A stretch of 64,000 nt of DNA from Saccostrea cucullata (Eukaryota), in contig NW_026935443.1 in assembly GCF_032062105.1 (NCBI RefSeq), positions 186,001 through 250,000 of the forward strand, written 5' to 3'. Under the pieces are notes generated by a model, which saw only the letters and a program-made list of their open reading frames with translations, was not told where the DNA came from and made no database searches. The first letter of the stretch is position 1. The number at the start of each line of letters is the position of its first letter. Shown here one piece after another: positions 25,901 through 37,586 of this stretch. The position numbers were made by a program, and so were the translations under genes.

Positions 25901-28900
25901 CCTCTTCTTCCTCAGCAAAGGGAGCTAAATGTTGTTCTGTGACTGAGGCTGAAGTTTTATTTAAAATTATATACATGTACTGGTACATGTATTACAAATT
26001 GCCATAGGATGGCAAATTTCACTTGAATTGAATATGTAAAATACCTGGTATAAGATTGTAAACAAAATTTACAATATTTCTTCTTAAGCTTTTTATTTAT
26101 AGAAAGTCTACCAATGACTGGTAATGTTTTGTTTGAAGAAGAAAGAAAGCAAACAAACCTGGCCTTGACCCCTCTGGAGTACCAGGTTCAAGGGCAGCTG
26201 TGTCAGGTTGAACCCCCTCATCTCCCTGTACAGGACTTCCCTCTCGGGATAATTTCTCACCAGCAATTTGTGGACTCTCCGGCCTCTCTCCCTCAGCAAA
26301 GGTATCACTCTGTCAAATTAGATAAAGACAGGGTAAGCATTTAAGGACAAAATAAAACTTAATGAGTTTTACCAGTGGGTCTACTGTAAAGTATCAAATG
26401 CAAGCTAAATAAATGGCTTAAATGGCAGCATTATTATATGCTCTTAAAATCTTTAAGATGTTTTCTATATGCATTTATATTTGCATTTCACAGTTAATGA
26501 TAGAAGATATTTCCATCCTACCTGTGGTACTGGTGATTTTGATCCCTCTTCACCCTCAGCCTTCTCTGCTGTTTCCCCTTCCTCAGCAGGTTTCTCTTCT
26601 TCTGTCTTCTCTCCTTCTTCTCCTGTTCATTAAAAATAAGTAAATTAATGGTTCCCCAAAAAACTCTCTACTTTAAAAAAAAAATACAGGCAAACTTCGT
26701 TATCTCAACATCGGCGGGACAATCGGGAAATGGCGAGATATCCAACGTGTTGAGATATCAGAGTTGAGACTCAACGTCCTTAATAATTTAGGTACTGCTT
26801 AGTAAAACATATGCACACATCTTCAATACACTGTAGCTCATTTGTTTCAGCTATTCCTCTTTATTTAATAGAAAATCTGAGAAATTATATACAAATTTAA
26901 TTTATAAATGCTTCCCTTTTTGATGGAAATCTTTTAATTTTACTAATAAAAGTTTTCCAGCCAGCATTCCGCTGTGCAGCTTGCTTCGTCAGAATATGAT
27001 ACGAAAAGGGCTCTCTAAACTCCAAACCATAACTGTATAATGTCGACTTCTGTGATACGGAAAAAAAATTAATGCATAGTTTTTGAAATTATTTGATTTT
27101 ACTCATTTTCATTTCATCATCATTCATCATTTTTTTTCATTTTATTTTCAAATCAAAATTTAAAGGGATTTGCGTATTAAAACAAACTCAAATGATGATG
27201 TAACACATGCATGGATATTACGGCTAGTCGTGTGCTTGTCATAGATTGGATTGTTTCCTGTTGGATGCATTTTTACAATTTTTAAATTAAAATGAATTTA
27301 ATATGTATATTATTCATTGTACATCAGTTCCTTTTTTTAATATTAAAGTTTTGTTATTTTCTACATATATAAACAGTCGTACATGTACATTTACGCAGAA
27401 TCGAGCAGGTTTATCAATGATATTACCCAAGCTGAACAGGTTAACCAGGTGAACAATAAACAATTAACGTCTCAGAGACACCAAGGGGCTTGAAATTCCT
27501 CTACAAACACATTACTACAGAAGCAGTATGTAGTCAAAACATGGGTGTGAAAGGTGTGAATTTCTCACGATGCTGAGAAACACAGAGTCGTCCGTGCGTG
27601 ACGAGTGACCAGCTGACAAACAATTATGTTAATTAAGTAGATCAGAAAATTGCCCCGATGTCGACATATACCAGGTAAATTTGCACTTTGGACTGTGAAT
27701 CACCGAGGTCGACATATCAGAGTTTTTGCAAATCATTTATATAGTTAATAATGCTGGGACCACGGACAGACGTTGACATATCCCAGGTTGTCGACATATC
27801 CAATGTCGAGATACCAAAGTTTACCTGTTCTAGGCATTCGTCAAGGATTGAAAAATCAAACACATGTAGGTTTCTCTCCTTCCTCTGTGGTCTCCCCCTC
27901 ATTTGCTTGTTCACCCATCACCCTCGGCTGGCTGTTCACCTTCTACGGCTGCAGTCTCTGTTTGTTCACCACCTTCTGTTATAAAGACAAGAGATGAAAT
28001 TGTAGATTGTTGGCTAATAATTTGAAGACACCAGTCATTTCACAAATTTTGGCCATAAAACTTATGGAAGTAGCAGTAAATTCATACAAAAGGAATAGTT
28101 GATAAAATTAATATCCTTATAGCTTCAAACATGGAAACTATTCAACAAATAATATAGTGACTACAACTGAGTTTATTCGAGTAATATATTTATTTTACTT
28201 TAATTCTTCAAAAATAATTTTCTAACCTGCAGGAGGTTCTTCCGTCTTGTCTTCAGCATTTGTGTTGGAATCAGCAGGTGCTTCTTCTGCAGGAGGACCA
28301 TCTTCCTTTGATAGATAATTTATGATGTTTTTTAAATCATTGGATTTGGGATGTCATGTGGTTCTGCCAAGGTTATGTTCTGCTGCTGGGGTTTCCTCAC
28401 TGGTAGCAGGTGCTTCTGTGTTCTCTGCCTCCTTAGGGACAGAGTCGGTGGGCTGTGATTCCTTAAAAAAAAATAAATTACTTGTAAAACCAAACCAAAA
28501 TATATATACTTTGGATGATTCAGCTTCAGAAAAATTACCAAGGGTATGTTGTAACATCAGTTCAAAAAGTCGTGTTTGTGTGTATTTTGCATTGAACAGG
28601 TTGGGACCAATCGCCCATATGGGATATCTTCTTTTGCTGGTATAATATTCCAAATGGGCTATAAATTTGCTGGCAAAAATTGATTTTTTTAATTTTGGCT
28701 ATAAATATCATAAATTCTGACACTTAAAAAAGGAATAACTTTCTGCTGCTGGGGTTTCCTGCAACCCTACAGTTTGTGTTCTCTGCCTCAAGAAGTTAGG
28801 GACAGAGTCAGTGGGCTGTGATTCCTTAAAAAAAATAAATTACTTGTAAAACCAAACCAAAATTATATATACTTTGGATGATTCACCTTCAGAAAAATTA

Positions 28901-29316
28901 CCAAGGGTATGTTGTAAACATCAGTTCAAAAAGTTGTTTTTGTGTGTATTTTGCATTGAAATGTTATAGAATGGCCATTTTTAATTATACCATTTTTAAT
29001 TATACTAAAAGAAAATAATTTGTTTTCATTTATAGTTTTTTATGTTCATTTATTTATATATTTCATACATTTTATTCAAGCAGTGTAAAAATGTCAGAAA
29101 ATCATTCAACAAACAAAAACAATGATGAGGAAATTCGAAATTATGACTGTTATCTTTTGGGTCCATTTTGCTAAAGTTGCTGAATTTATACCAAAACTTT
29201 TGACGTGTATTTCTGTGTCACCACATAAATATATTGATTTTCTCAATAAACAAGAATTGTTCAACAAGAGTGTTCAGAAATTTAAGTAAAAACACACATA
29301 CCTCTTGATCAGCCAT
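22994..29316 (-). CDS. CCDC96: Coiled-coil domain-containing protein 96 (CFAP184, DUF4201) with long acidic N-terminus
   Basis: Exons: 29316-29302 (MADQE), ~28461-28227 (interrupted), ~27975-27866 (frameshifted), 26622-26522, 26309-26159, ~25948-25824 (poly-E..FDREALLEQYQ), 25188-25035 (LQHKLAEHFRKKK), 24818-24625, 24202-24083 (VRLENIKLKNKLKK), 23948-23856 (EELAEGLHLIDFEQLKIENQTYNEKIEERNE), 23697-23560 (ILKLRKKITSTVQVLTHLKEKL), 23239-22994 (GLLGNEPLLRDFEE..stop). The C-terminal motifs are characteristic of CCDC96; the N-terminal exon structure is uncertain. Confidence 0.88.
25547..25862 (-). repeat. ~68-72-bp tandem repeat (~5 units) comprising a CCDC96 exon end plus 5' splice site
   Basis: Minus-strand unit TTTGATAGAGAGGCTCTCCTTGAACAATATCAG|GTAAACACTGCAGTTATGTCCCTTTATAACC; GT positions at 25823, 25755, 25687, 25615. 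Confidence 0.9.
26687..27827. mobile_element. Tc1/mariner-pogo-like non-autonomous element
   Basis: TA|CAGGCAAACTTCGTTATCTCAACATCGG versus rev-comp right end CAGGTAAACTTTGGTATCTCGACATTGG; subterminal gtcgacatatc repeats. Confidence 0.75.
28741..28960 (-). repeat. Degenerate direct duplicate of CCDC96 exon-2 5' part plus upstream intron (28378-28596)
   Basis: ttctgctgctggggtttcct..gggctgtgattccttaaaaaaaataaattacttgtaaaaccaaacc..ttttgcattgaa occurs twice. Confidence 0.85.
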
Positions 29317-29463
29317 TCCGTTGGCAATGTTGTCAGGGAAAACTATCCAGGTGGCGCTGTAGTTAACGCGCGATAACTCACGGAAGCTTTGGAGGGAATT
29401 TCAATCTCGATCATTACGCGCTAAAATTAATTTTGAGTAAACACCAGAGGGAAACCGTTAAAG
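29317..29463. promoter_or_regulatory. Compact bidirectional promoter shared by CCDC96 and TK1
   Basis: Only 147 bp separate the divergent ATGs. Locally CpG-rich, with E2F-like CGCGC motifs (aacgcgcgataa, ttacgcgctaaa) and an imperfect X-box-like GTTGTCAGGGAAAAC. Confidence 0.6.
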
Positions 29464-32400
29464 ATGATGTCCACAGGTCATGTTGTGTCTTCTCCAATCA
29501 CAAATGGATCAAACAAAGGACAGATTCAAGTGAGTGTTGTTCAAAATAATTGAAAAGTTTAAGAAATTATCTATCAACCTTCCCTCCCATTATTGTTTAT
29601 ACTTTCCAGACGATTTGATTTGCATGCACGTGTAAATTTCAGTGGAGAGAAAATTTACAATGTTTATTATATATTCCACCCATTATCAAAAGACAAAAAT
29701 ATCTTGTGAAAAAATAACATTAGAGTATCATAATCATGATGATGTCAGATGATTTTGATAATTTTTAAATTTTTTTTTATATAATCTTTTAGAATTTTTT
29801 TCATACACTCAAACAAAGAAGATGGCTATGTTGCACTTACCATATTAAAACAAAGGTTTTTCAAACATAAATGTTTCATTTCATCTTCTGGCTGCTTAAT
29901 TATGGGTCGACTTTAATTAATTTACTGTACCATACACTTTGGTAATGGGATATAATAGTCCTTTGATATAACTGCTGCTTTTAAATTTTTATTTTGGCAG
30001 GGGAAAGCATAATAAACCATATTGAAAAGTCAGAAAATAGCTACACCAGCTGGTGTCGCAACTCTGCCAAACTTTTGAAACTTTTTTTTTGTGGATCTTA
30101 CTTCCGATATGCAAGAAATCAGTAAAGAGATGATTCTTCTATAACTTTCTAATCATTAAAAGGTTGCTATTGCCATTTAAACGATCCTTTTGCTGACAAA
30201 TTAAGCATCGTATGAGAAAGTGACCTAATTCAAGTGATGCTTCAGTTGCTAGTGACAGGGCCGTTTAAATGGCCTGGCCATAGCATCCTTTTAGTAATGA
30301 TGAAGTTGTAGAAGAATCATCCCTTTACTGATTTCTCGCATCTCAGAATTTAGATCCGCAAAATAAACTTGTAAAAGTTAGGTATATGACACTTCTCTGG
30401 TAGGCCCTAATTTTGACTTTTCATTAGGTTCCAGCCTCTGCAAATGTAACAATATAAAAAACAGTAGAGTCGGAGGAATCTCGAATTATTGTCAAGGTAG
30501 CTTTTTGGATGCAATGACTACCTACCTAAGACCATAGCACAAAGATATTGTTTTTCTCTGTACTTATGTCCTTTATATTTTGACTCTTTTAAAAATTTAT
30601 TTTAATTTTTTAAAATTGATTTTCAGCTCATTTTTGGACCCATGTTCTCTGGGAAAACGTAAGTTTTACTGCTACTAGTATACTAAACTTTCAGACCGAA
30701 ATGTCACAGTATCTAATTGAACTAAACTTGAATTTTACATATTTATTGTACATGATCAATCTAATTAACATTAGATGTTAGATCCACTTGCATACTTGTT
30801 ACACCAACATATAACAACATCCCATAGAGGGTCACATCAGAGGTCAAATTCTATCAACCAATCAAATCTTCACCCTGCAAAATCATTAAATATTGGTGAA
30901 GAAGTCAAGAGTTGTTCTGAACTTGACCTTTGACGTGACCCTCTATTCAATGGATGTTGTTAGATGTTAGTGTAGCGAGTATGTGAGCGGAGCTAACATC
31001 TAATTTTAATTAGATTTCATACGTGATATGCTTAATTTTGTTTTGTCTTAACAGTACAGAATTAATGCGTAGAATGAAGCGCTATCAGATTGCCAGCTAC
31101 AAATGCCTCGTAATCAAGTATTCCAAGGATGACAGATATGAAAAAGAGGGAATTTCTACTCATGACAGGTACACAAATTCCTTTTTATGATGTGGGGGGA
31201 CCTTATTGCCTTTTAGCAGAAGAAAATAATTACTTTATAACAAAACCTTATATAATAAAGATATACACTGTATTCTGTTATTTATATTTACACAATATTA
31301 ATGTCTTAAAATATTAAAGAAGGAAAGAAAGAAAATTGATGGAATGTATAAGAAAGTTGCAGATAAATGCGCCAAGCACTGTAAAATTATCCTTTATTGA
31401 AGAATTAATAAATCTCTCAATATGCATTTGTAGACAAACACTTCCTGCGATTCCAGCAGATGTACTGGAACAAATAAAAGCAGAGGCAGAAAACTATGAA
31501 GTCATCGGAATAGATGAGGGGCAATTTGTAAGTAAAACATTTGCACTGACTTCTCATTTATTGTTTAAGCTCACCTAATCTAAAGGTACACTTGAGCTTT
31601 ATGTTATTAGCCGAGCCCCCATCCCCCTGGTCAACCAAGAAAACTGCAAAATGCTGAAAGTTTCTTCTTTTTTTTAAATAGAACATCACAGGGCTAGACA
31701 AATAGCACTGCTCGTTTCCCAGGACAACCAGTTTTGGTTGGTGGGCAAGTAATTTGATAACAAGTGCCTGTCGGCGGACAAGTTGTTTTCCAATTGACAA
31801 AAAAAAATATGTACAATACTCAAACATATTTTATGTTATCACGTTTTAAGTATCATGAATCACAGCAAAGCACCTGTTTTCACTGATGTTGACTACTGCA
31901 TCAGCTGTACATACGTACATCGAATAGTCGGAACTCCTCTAGAATTTACCGATTAACATGTTGTAAAAATATGCATATGTCGTAAAACATGGAGTTATCA
32001 ATGTCGTCAAAGACGTGGTATGGGAAGTTTTGTTCACAGACTCGTTTTGTTAGGTTTTATGAGATTGATCCGTGTCCGATATCTTCACCTTTTTCCATTA
32101 AATAAACACAACATTACTTTTTTAAAAAGGGTACTTGTATTTTATTGCAGAATTTTTAGGGAAAATTTTCCTTTAAATTAATCATTTTCATCTAAATTTA
32201 TCTGGGGAAGAATTTCGTGATTTTAGGTGTCTCACTCAAGAAATAATTTAATATCAATGCTTCAGTTGTATGTATTTTAAGAAAACGGTGGGACAAGCAT
32301 CTTTTTTGGTAGAACAAGTAGTTTTACAATGGAACCTGCAAAATGCCAAAAAATCTATTTGTCTACCCCTGAACATCATAGCTTCTTCAGAAAGAGTACA

Positions 32401-34528
32401 CTTGTATTTTGTTTAATTTATAGCTTTAATGGATTTAATAAGAATAATTCTCTGTTGCTTTACATGATACCATTTACGCATTGCTTAAAAATTTATCATA
32501 ATTTTTATTTACATTCGATATGTATTTTTAGTTTCCTGATGTTGTGGAGTTTTGTGATGAAATGGCAGAGTGTGGTAAAACAGTCATTGTAGCAGCATTA
32601 GATGGAACATTTCAGAAAAAGGTGAACCGTTAGTTGTTATTTGTTACAATTCCTAGGTAACTAAAATACATCTTACTCATACTGTAGTAGTAGTACCGGT
32701 ACATGTACAATGTGATTATCTATTTGACACATACTACTGGTAATTAAACAAAATCACAAGTGGCATGTATTGAACTTTACATTTTGTGCAAATAAAGGAA
32801 GTACTGATTCTGATTTTAATTTTTTAGGGATTTGGAAACATTTTGAACCTGGTACCTCTGGCTGAGAGTGTGATCAAACTAACAGCTGTGTGTATGAGGT
32901 GTAACAGTGAGGGGTCATTCACCAAGCGCACGGGGTCAGAAACTGCTGTAAGTTATACACATGATTGTTCATAATTTAAAAGGTTTTGAAGTTTCAGAAA
33001 AATAGTTTTAAGTATATTGCTCATACCTAAAATATTTATAAATTTTGAAACATTTGAGTGGATTTCTCCAACAATATTCTGGTGATTGGAAAATGTTTTA
33101 TGTTTTGATCAAGAGTTGTCTGCCTTGTGGGAAATAACACACACTCAAAGATGCAAAATAAATTGATTATATCTTGATATTAATTTTTTTTTTTCCATCA
33201 GGTTGATGAATATTCAAAAACTTCTGCAATTTATTTTTGCCATAAAATTACATGTTGAAGGAACACCCCAAAAGTTGATGTTGTAAATGTCCCAGTGATT
33301 GGGATAAGCTAGGGAGTAAATGTGACAATGGCGCACTCCAAGTCAGTGTCAATGTGACATTTCAAAATTCAATGCGCCAAACAGAATTTTTAATGGGACA
33401 TTTCCTAGTTTCGAACTTGCAATTGATAAGTTGCTGTTAGAATTTCAGTTGACTTTACTTAATTGAAATTGTCAAATTATTGAATGACGATATTAAAAGA
33501 TACAAAATTAGTAATATTTAAATTCACTAGTGTCAGAAAATAAATAAACACTGCAATTTAATTTCAATTCTTTATTTTTTGTCTCCGATCTTTGACATCT
33601 TTAAAATGATTTAAAGCCTGGTTAAGATCTATACTGCTTCCCTCCAATTCATGTTAAATTTTCGTATTGGTTTTTCCTCCGAGACTACATCATCAGCCTT
33701 ACCGTCAGATTCATCTCCATTCGTTCTGTCACCATGTTATACTTCCGTCGAAGTTCCGAGTCATTTTTTACCGATTTACTTGAATTCTGTTTGTTAGGAT
33801 TGTTAAAATTGAGAAAAGTCTGCCCTTTACCAGTATGAGGTATTTTCTAAGGCAGCATGCTGCACTCCTGACACCATTTTATTTCGTGCGTGTTAGCCAA
33901 TCAGAAAACATGTAACTGTTTCATTAGATACTAGGGAAAAGAAAGTCATGAGAACACTTTAACTGAACGACATTAAATACTGTTTTTTCAAGCGTAAATT
34001 GACAGCGATTGTTGTGGGAAAGTACAAGCGCTTGGGGGAAATCTCAAAGTTTAAAAGTATGTAGTGCATGATTATATATGCGCCACGATGGCGCAGCGTT
34101 TTTAATTTTAATGTGACATTTTAAAATTTAATGCGACTATGGCGCAGGGCGCGTGCTTATCCCAATCACTGATGTCCTGCCTTTTAGAAATTTAGCTACA
34201 AATTTTTCTTTCCAAATAAACTTCATGGAGGGAGGGGTGGTTAAATGGTGATTTCATTGTGAATGTATGTGATATTACAGAGAATATTTATCCACACTCC
34301 TAATGAGAATTTGCCACATAGCTTGCTAATTTACAGGTGGAGGTTATTGGTGGAGCCGAGATGTATCTGGCCGTGTGTCGTATGTGTTTTAAATCCCCCG
34401 TCAAACCCTCCCCAAACAAGAACAGAACCCCCACCATCCTACCCACGGAGAAGGAAGAGAAAACCATTGCCAACAGGAAACTCTTTAGTAGCTCACCTAA
34501 TAACTCTCCTATAAAAAATAAATGTTGA
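29464..34528 (+). CDS. TK1: Thymidine kinase 1, cytosolic; 7 exons, 235 aa
   Basis: Exons 29464-29529, 30627-30658 ([11 protein letters not shown]-loop), 31055-31168 ([17 protein letters not shown]), 31434-31527 (VIGIDEGQF), 32532-32621 ([12 protein letters not shown]), 32828-32947 (KLTAVCMRC), 34337-34528 ([17 protein letters not shown]). All GT-AG, phases consistent, 708 nt. Confidence 0.97.
29930..30500. mobile_element. Old palindromic MITE in TK1 intron 1
   Basis: Arms such as gaaatcagtaaagagatgattcttctataactt / aagttgtagaagaatcatccctttactgatttc, symmetric about ggccgtttaaatggcc at ~30268. Confidence 0.65.
30758..31016. mobile_element. Palindromic MITE in TK1 intron 2
   Basis: aatctaattaacattagatgttag..ctaacatctaattttaattagatt, with inner arms atagagggtcacatcagaggtcaa / ttgacctttgacgtgaccctctat. 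Confidence 0.75.
33293..34171. mobile_element. Non-autonomous DNA transposon with 17-bp perfect TIR and 6-bp TSD
   Basis: CAGTGATTGGGATAAGC..GCTTATCCCAATCACTG; ATGTCC at 33287-33292 and 34172-34177; subterminal atggcgca repeats. Confidence 0.85.
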
Positions 34529-35189
34529 AGTAGTTTTTCCATCATCATCGTATGATAGATGGAATGCATTATGGCATAAAAGATTAATTTATTGTCTTTA
34601 AATAATGTGTCTGTGTATTAAAATACATGCATATATTAGAAATCCATGAAGTATTGAATCATACATGTTAATGTAAACGGGTATGTTACTTTGAAAAAAT
34701 TTGATAATTAGTAAGATGTGTCATAATTTGAGTATCTACCGGTTCCAATAAAATTAGTAATTCATAAGACTTTACATCAAATGTGTGAGAAATGAAAACA
34801 TACAGATTTACCATATTGGTTGTTTGCATTATCAAAAGATTGTTATTTTCAGTGTGTTCATTTTTACTCCTCTGTGTTTTGCAATGATATGATATTAATT
34901 ATGTATTAATGTTTTTTATGAATTTGGACTTTACTTGTACATAAATTTTTTAAAAGCTGTAGCATAGTGCTGATAGTACCGGTATATGTTTTAGTATAAG
35001 TACTCTTAGAATGTATTTTAGAATGCTTGTTTCATGAATTGCAAATGATCTCACTTTTAATATCTGGAGATTTTTACTATAAGAAAAACTCATGCCATGC
35101 CAAAAAAAACCATATATTTATAATCTGAAATAAATTAAGAAAAAAATCTGTTATATTTATTAGTTTGATTGACAGAGAAAGAGAAAAAT

Positions 35190-35885
35190 ATCTGGAGTGG
35201 GAATCCAATCCAGACCCCTGCATATTTAGTCAGGTGCTCTATCAACTGAGCTACACAGGCCAATATCCATGACACACATCATTACATTCCTTCCTCCAAA
35301 CCCTCAAAGACAACCCCAAATCTGTTGTTCTCCTGGCAGAACGTAATACCTGCAAGTCCAAAGAAGGTCAATGGCAAAAAGTTATACAAAGGAGGAAATA
35401 AATAAATGGTGGGCGAGGAATCCAACCTGGGACCCCAGCATTAATAGTCAGGTACTCTACTTGATAAGGTATATACATGGCTCCTAACCATTTTATGTGC
35501 AGTTTTATTTACTTACATTTACCAGTTTACATGCACTATTGTGCATGTTTGGCTCTGTAATGAATTTGGAGGTATAGAATATTCTTACAGTGAGGAATAG
35601 ACCTATGGGGTATTTATATGCATCTTAAAATAATTAGCTTGGAAAAAGTTTATAAACATGGGGAGGGGAAGGAGGTTGAATGAAAAATCTTGAATATGTA
35701 GTAGTTTGGGCCATGTATACCAGCCTGGGTAGGTAGAGCACCAGATTAGCAATGCCACATATTTTCTGTATGGTTTGGAAATGTAAAAGGAGAGGAGAAA
35801 AATGCAACAGACTGGACTGGAATTCAAACCCCTTGAATATTTAGTCAGGTGCTCTACCAAGTAAGCTATCAGGGGGCCTGAATTC
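35190..35885 (-). mobile_element. Cluster of degenerate tRNA-derived SINE heads
   Basis: Three copies of tagtcaggt(g/a)ctcta at ~35227, ~35445 and ~35842; rev-comp GGCCTGTGTAGCTCAGTTGATAGAGCACCTGACTA.. is A-box-like, B-boxes degenerate. Confidence 0.6.
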
Positions 35886-35908
35886 AAATTTCAGTCAAGT
35901 CTGTCACA

Positions 35909-36900
35909 TTTTAAGCTCACCTCAACGAAGTTGGGGGGAGCTTATGTGATATGTACATTTTGTACTGTACTGTATATGTCACTGTCGGCATCCCAGGTTA
36001 AGGTTTTTGTAGCTTTTCTCTTTGTAAGTAGTTTTATGCCATATATTGATCATACATGCATGGAACATGCATCTAGTGTGTTTCATTGTACCAGATGGGG
36101 TTTCAGATGCTGCAATTTCAGCAAAGGAATAACCAGGTTAATGTTTTTGGAGCAGGTTAACATTTTTGGTGTAGGTCTAACCCATCTTATTTCCAAGTAA
36201 CTATAAGCCCTATGATGACCAAACTTGCATGAATGATACATCCAAGGATGCATACAACCAGACTTGCTTCGGATGCCGGATCTGACATTCACTTTCCGGA
36301 TGAGTGAACAAGTTAATGTTTTTGGTGCATTTCCAATGATGACCAAACTTGCACGAATGATACATCTAAAGATGGACACTAATAGACTTGCTTCAGATGC
36401 TGGGTTTGACCTTCATTTTCTGGATAAGTGAACAGGTTTATGTTTTGGTTCAGGTCCCATTACCAAGTAACTATGAATCCTATGATAACCAAACTTGCAT
36501 AGATGGAACACCTAAGGATGCACACTGAAAGACTTGCTTCGGATGCTGGATCCCATACATTTTCCAGACAATGGACCAAGGAAAAGTTATGGGTTCAAGA
36601 AACTATAAGGCCTATATTAACCAAATTTACATAAATGATGCATCAAGAGATGAACTTTCTCAAACTTGCTTCAGATGCTGGATTTGAATTACATTTTCTT
36701 GATGGACAACTAGTTTGAAGTTTTTGGATATAATAGGTCTAATTTCCATTAGAAACCGCAAGCCTTATCAGATCAAAATTGCATTTATTTTGCATTTTGG
36801 GATGTAAACTTCTAGAATGTTAGTTAATTGTAGGGCTTTTGCCTTACTTAAAGACAACATACTTTGAGGTGAGTTCTGTAATCTCTGATTAGCTATGTTT
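35909..36900 (+). mobile_element. Helentron/HINE-like element with degenerate internal repeats
   Basis: TTTTAAGCTCACCTCAACGAAGTTG 5' hairpin, subterminal IR gctcacctcaa/ttgaggtgag, internal units containing gaccaaacttgca..gacttgcttc(a/g)gatgc. Confidence 0.65.
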
Positions 36901-37429
36901 CTCCTATGGTGCCCTCATCCTGAAAGTGAAAATGAGATAGCTTTGGTATCTTTGAATCTTTACATACAACTTGACTGAAATTACTGTAATGAAATGAAAA
37001 GTTTAGACCTAAAGTAATAGTCAAGATGTAAATTCTGCATCCATACTTTGCTTTGCTAAGCCAGTGACAATTGTGTATCAGATGTGGAAATAATTCTGCA
37101 TGAAATAACCCACTGGTCTAATGATTGCATTTTAATCTCATACATTTTTTCCTAGTTGACTCTGGGAGCACATGTGCAGGCACTTGTTTCAGTATTAAAC
37201 TTTTAAACCATAGGATTATATACTAACATACCATGGGTTAAACATTTCTGATACAAGCGCCTGTGTCTTGGAAGGGAAATAAGATTTTTTAAATTCAAAG
37301 TAAAAATAACAAGAAAAGGAAACGATTAATTAAATTATGAACGAAAGACAACGAATTGTGTATGTGAACCCGGCTATCGGAACTGTGCTTTCTTTGCCTC
37401 GTTTTACCCAGTACTCTTAAGTTTATGTA

Positions 37430-37586
37430 AACTGCTTTTTCATTGGTCAATTTTCCATACAGTAATCCAATCGGAGGTGATTTGATAAAAATGCATATGT
37501 CAGAATATCAACATGTCGACGAAGATGGTACCGTACGAGAAAATTTAGGTCATTTCTTCATCGATTTAATTTAGATTACTTGAAAT
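37430..37586 (+). promoter_or_regulatory. Putative CLEC16A promoter / 5' UTR with CCAAT boxes
   Basis: ATTGG (~37442) and CCAAT (~37467) lie upstream of the ATG in a CpG-enriched stretch; short uORF at 37513-37548. Confidence 0.4.

Noticed and set aside
35190-35262. Possible tRNA gene
   Set aside because: Degenerate B-box/T-arm and acceptor stem with several decayed copies nearby; better explained as SINE heads.
37513-37548. uORF MSTKMVPYEKI upstream of CLEC16A
   Set aside because: The TSS is unknown and such short ORFs arise by chance; no further support.
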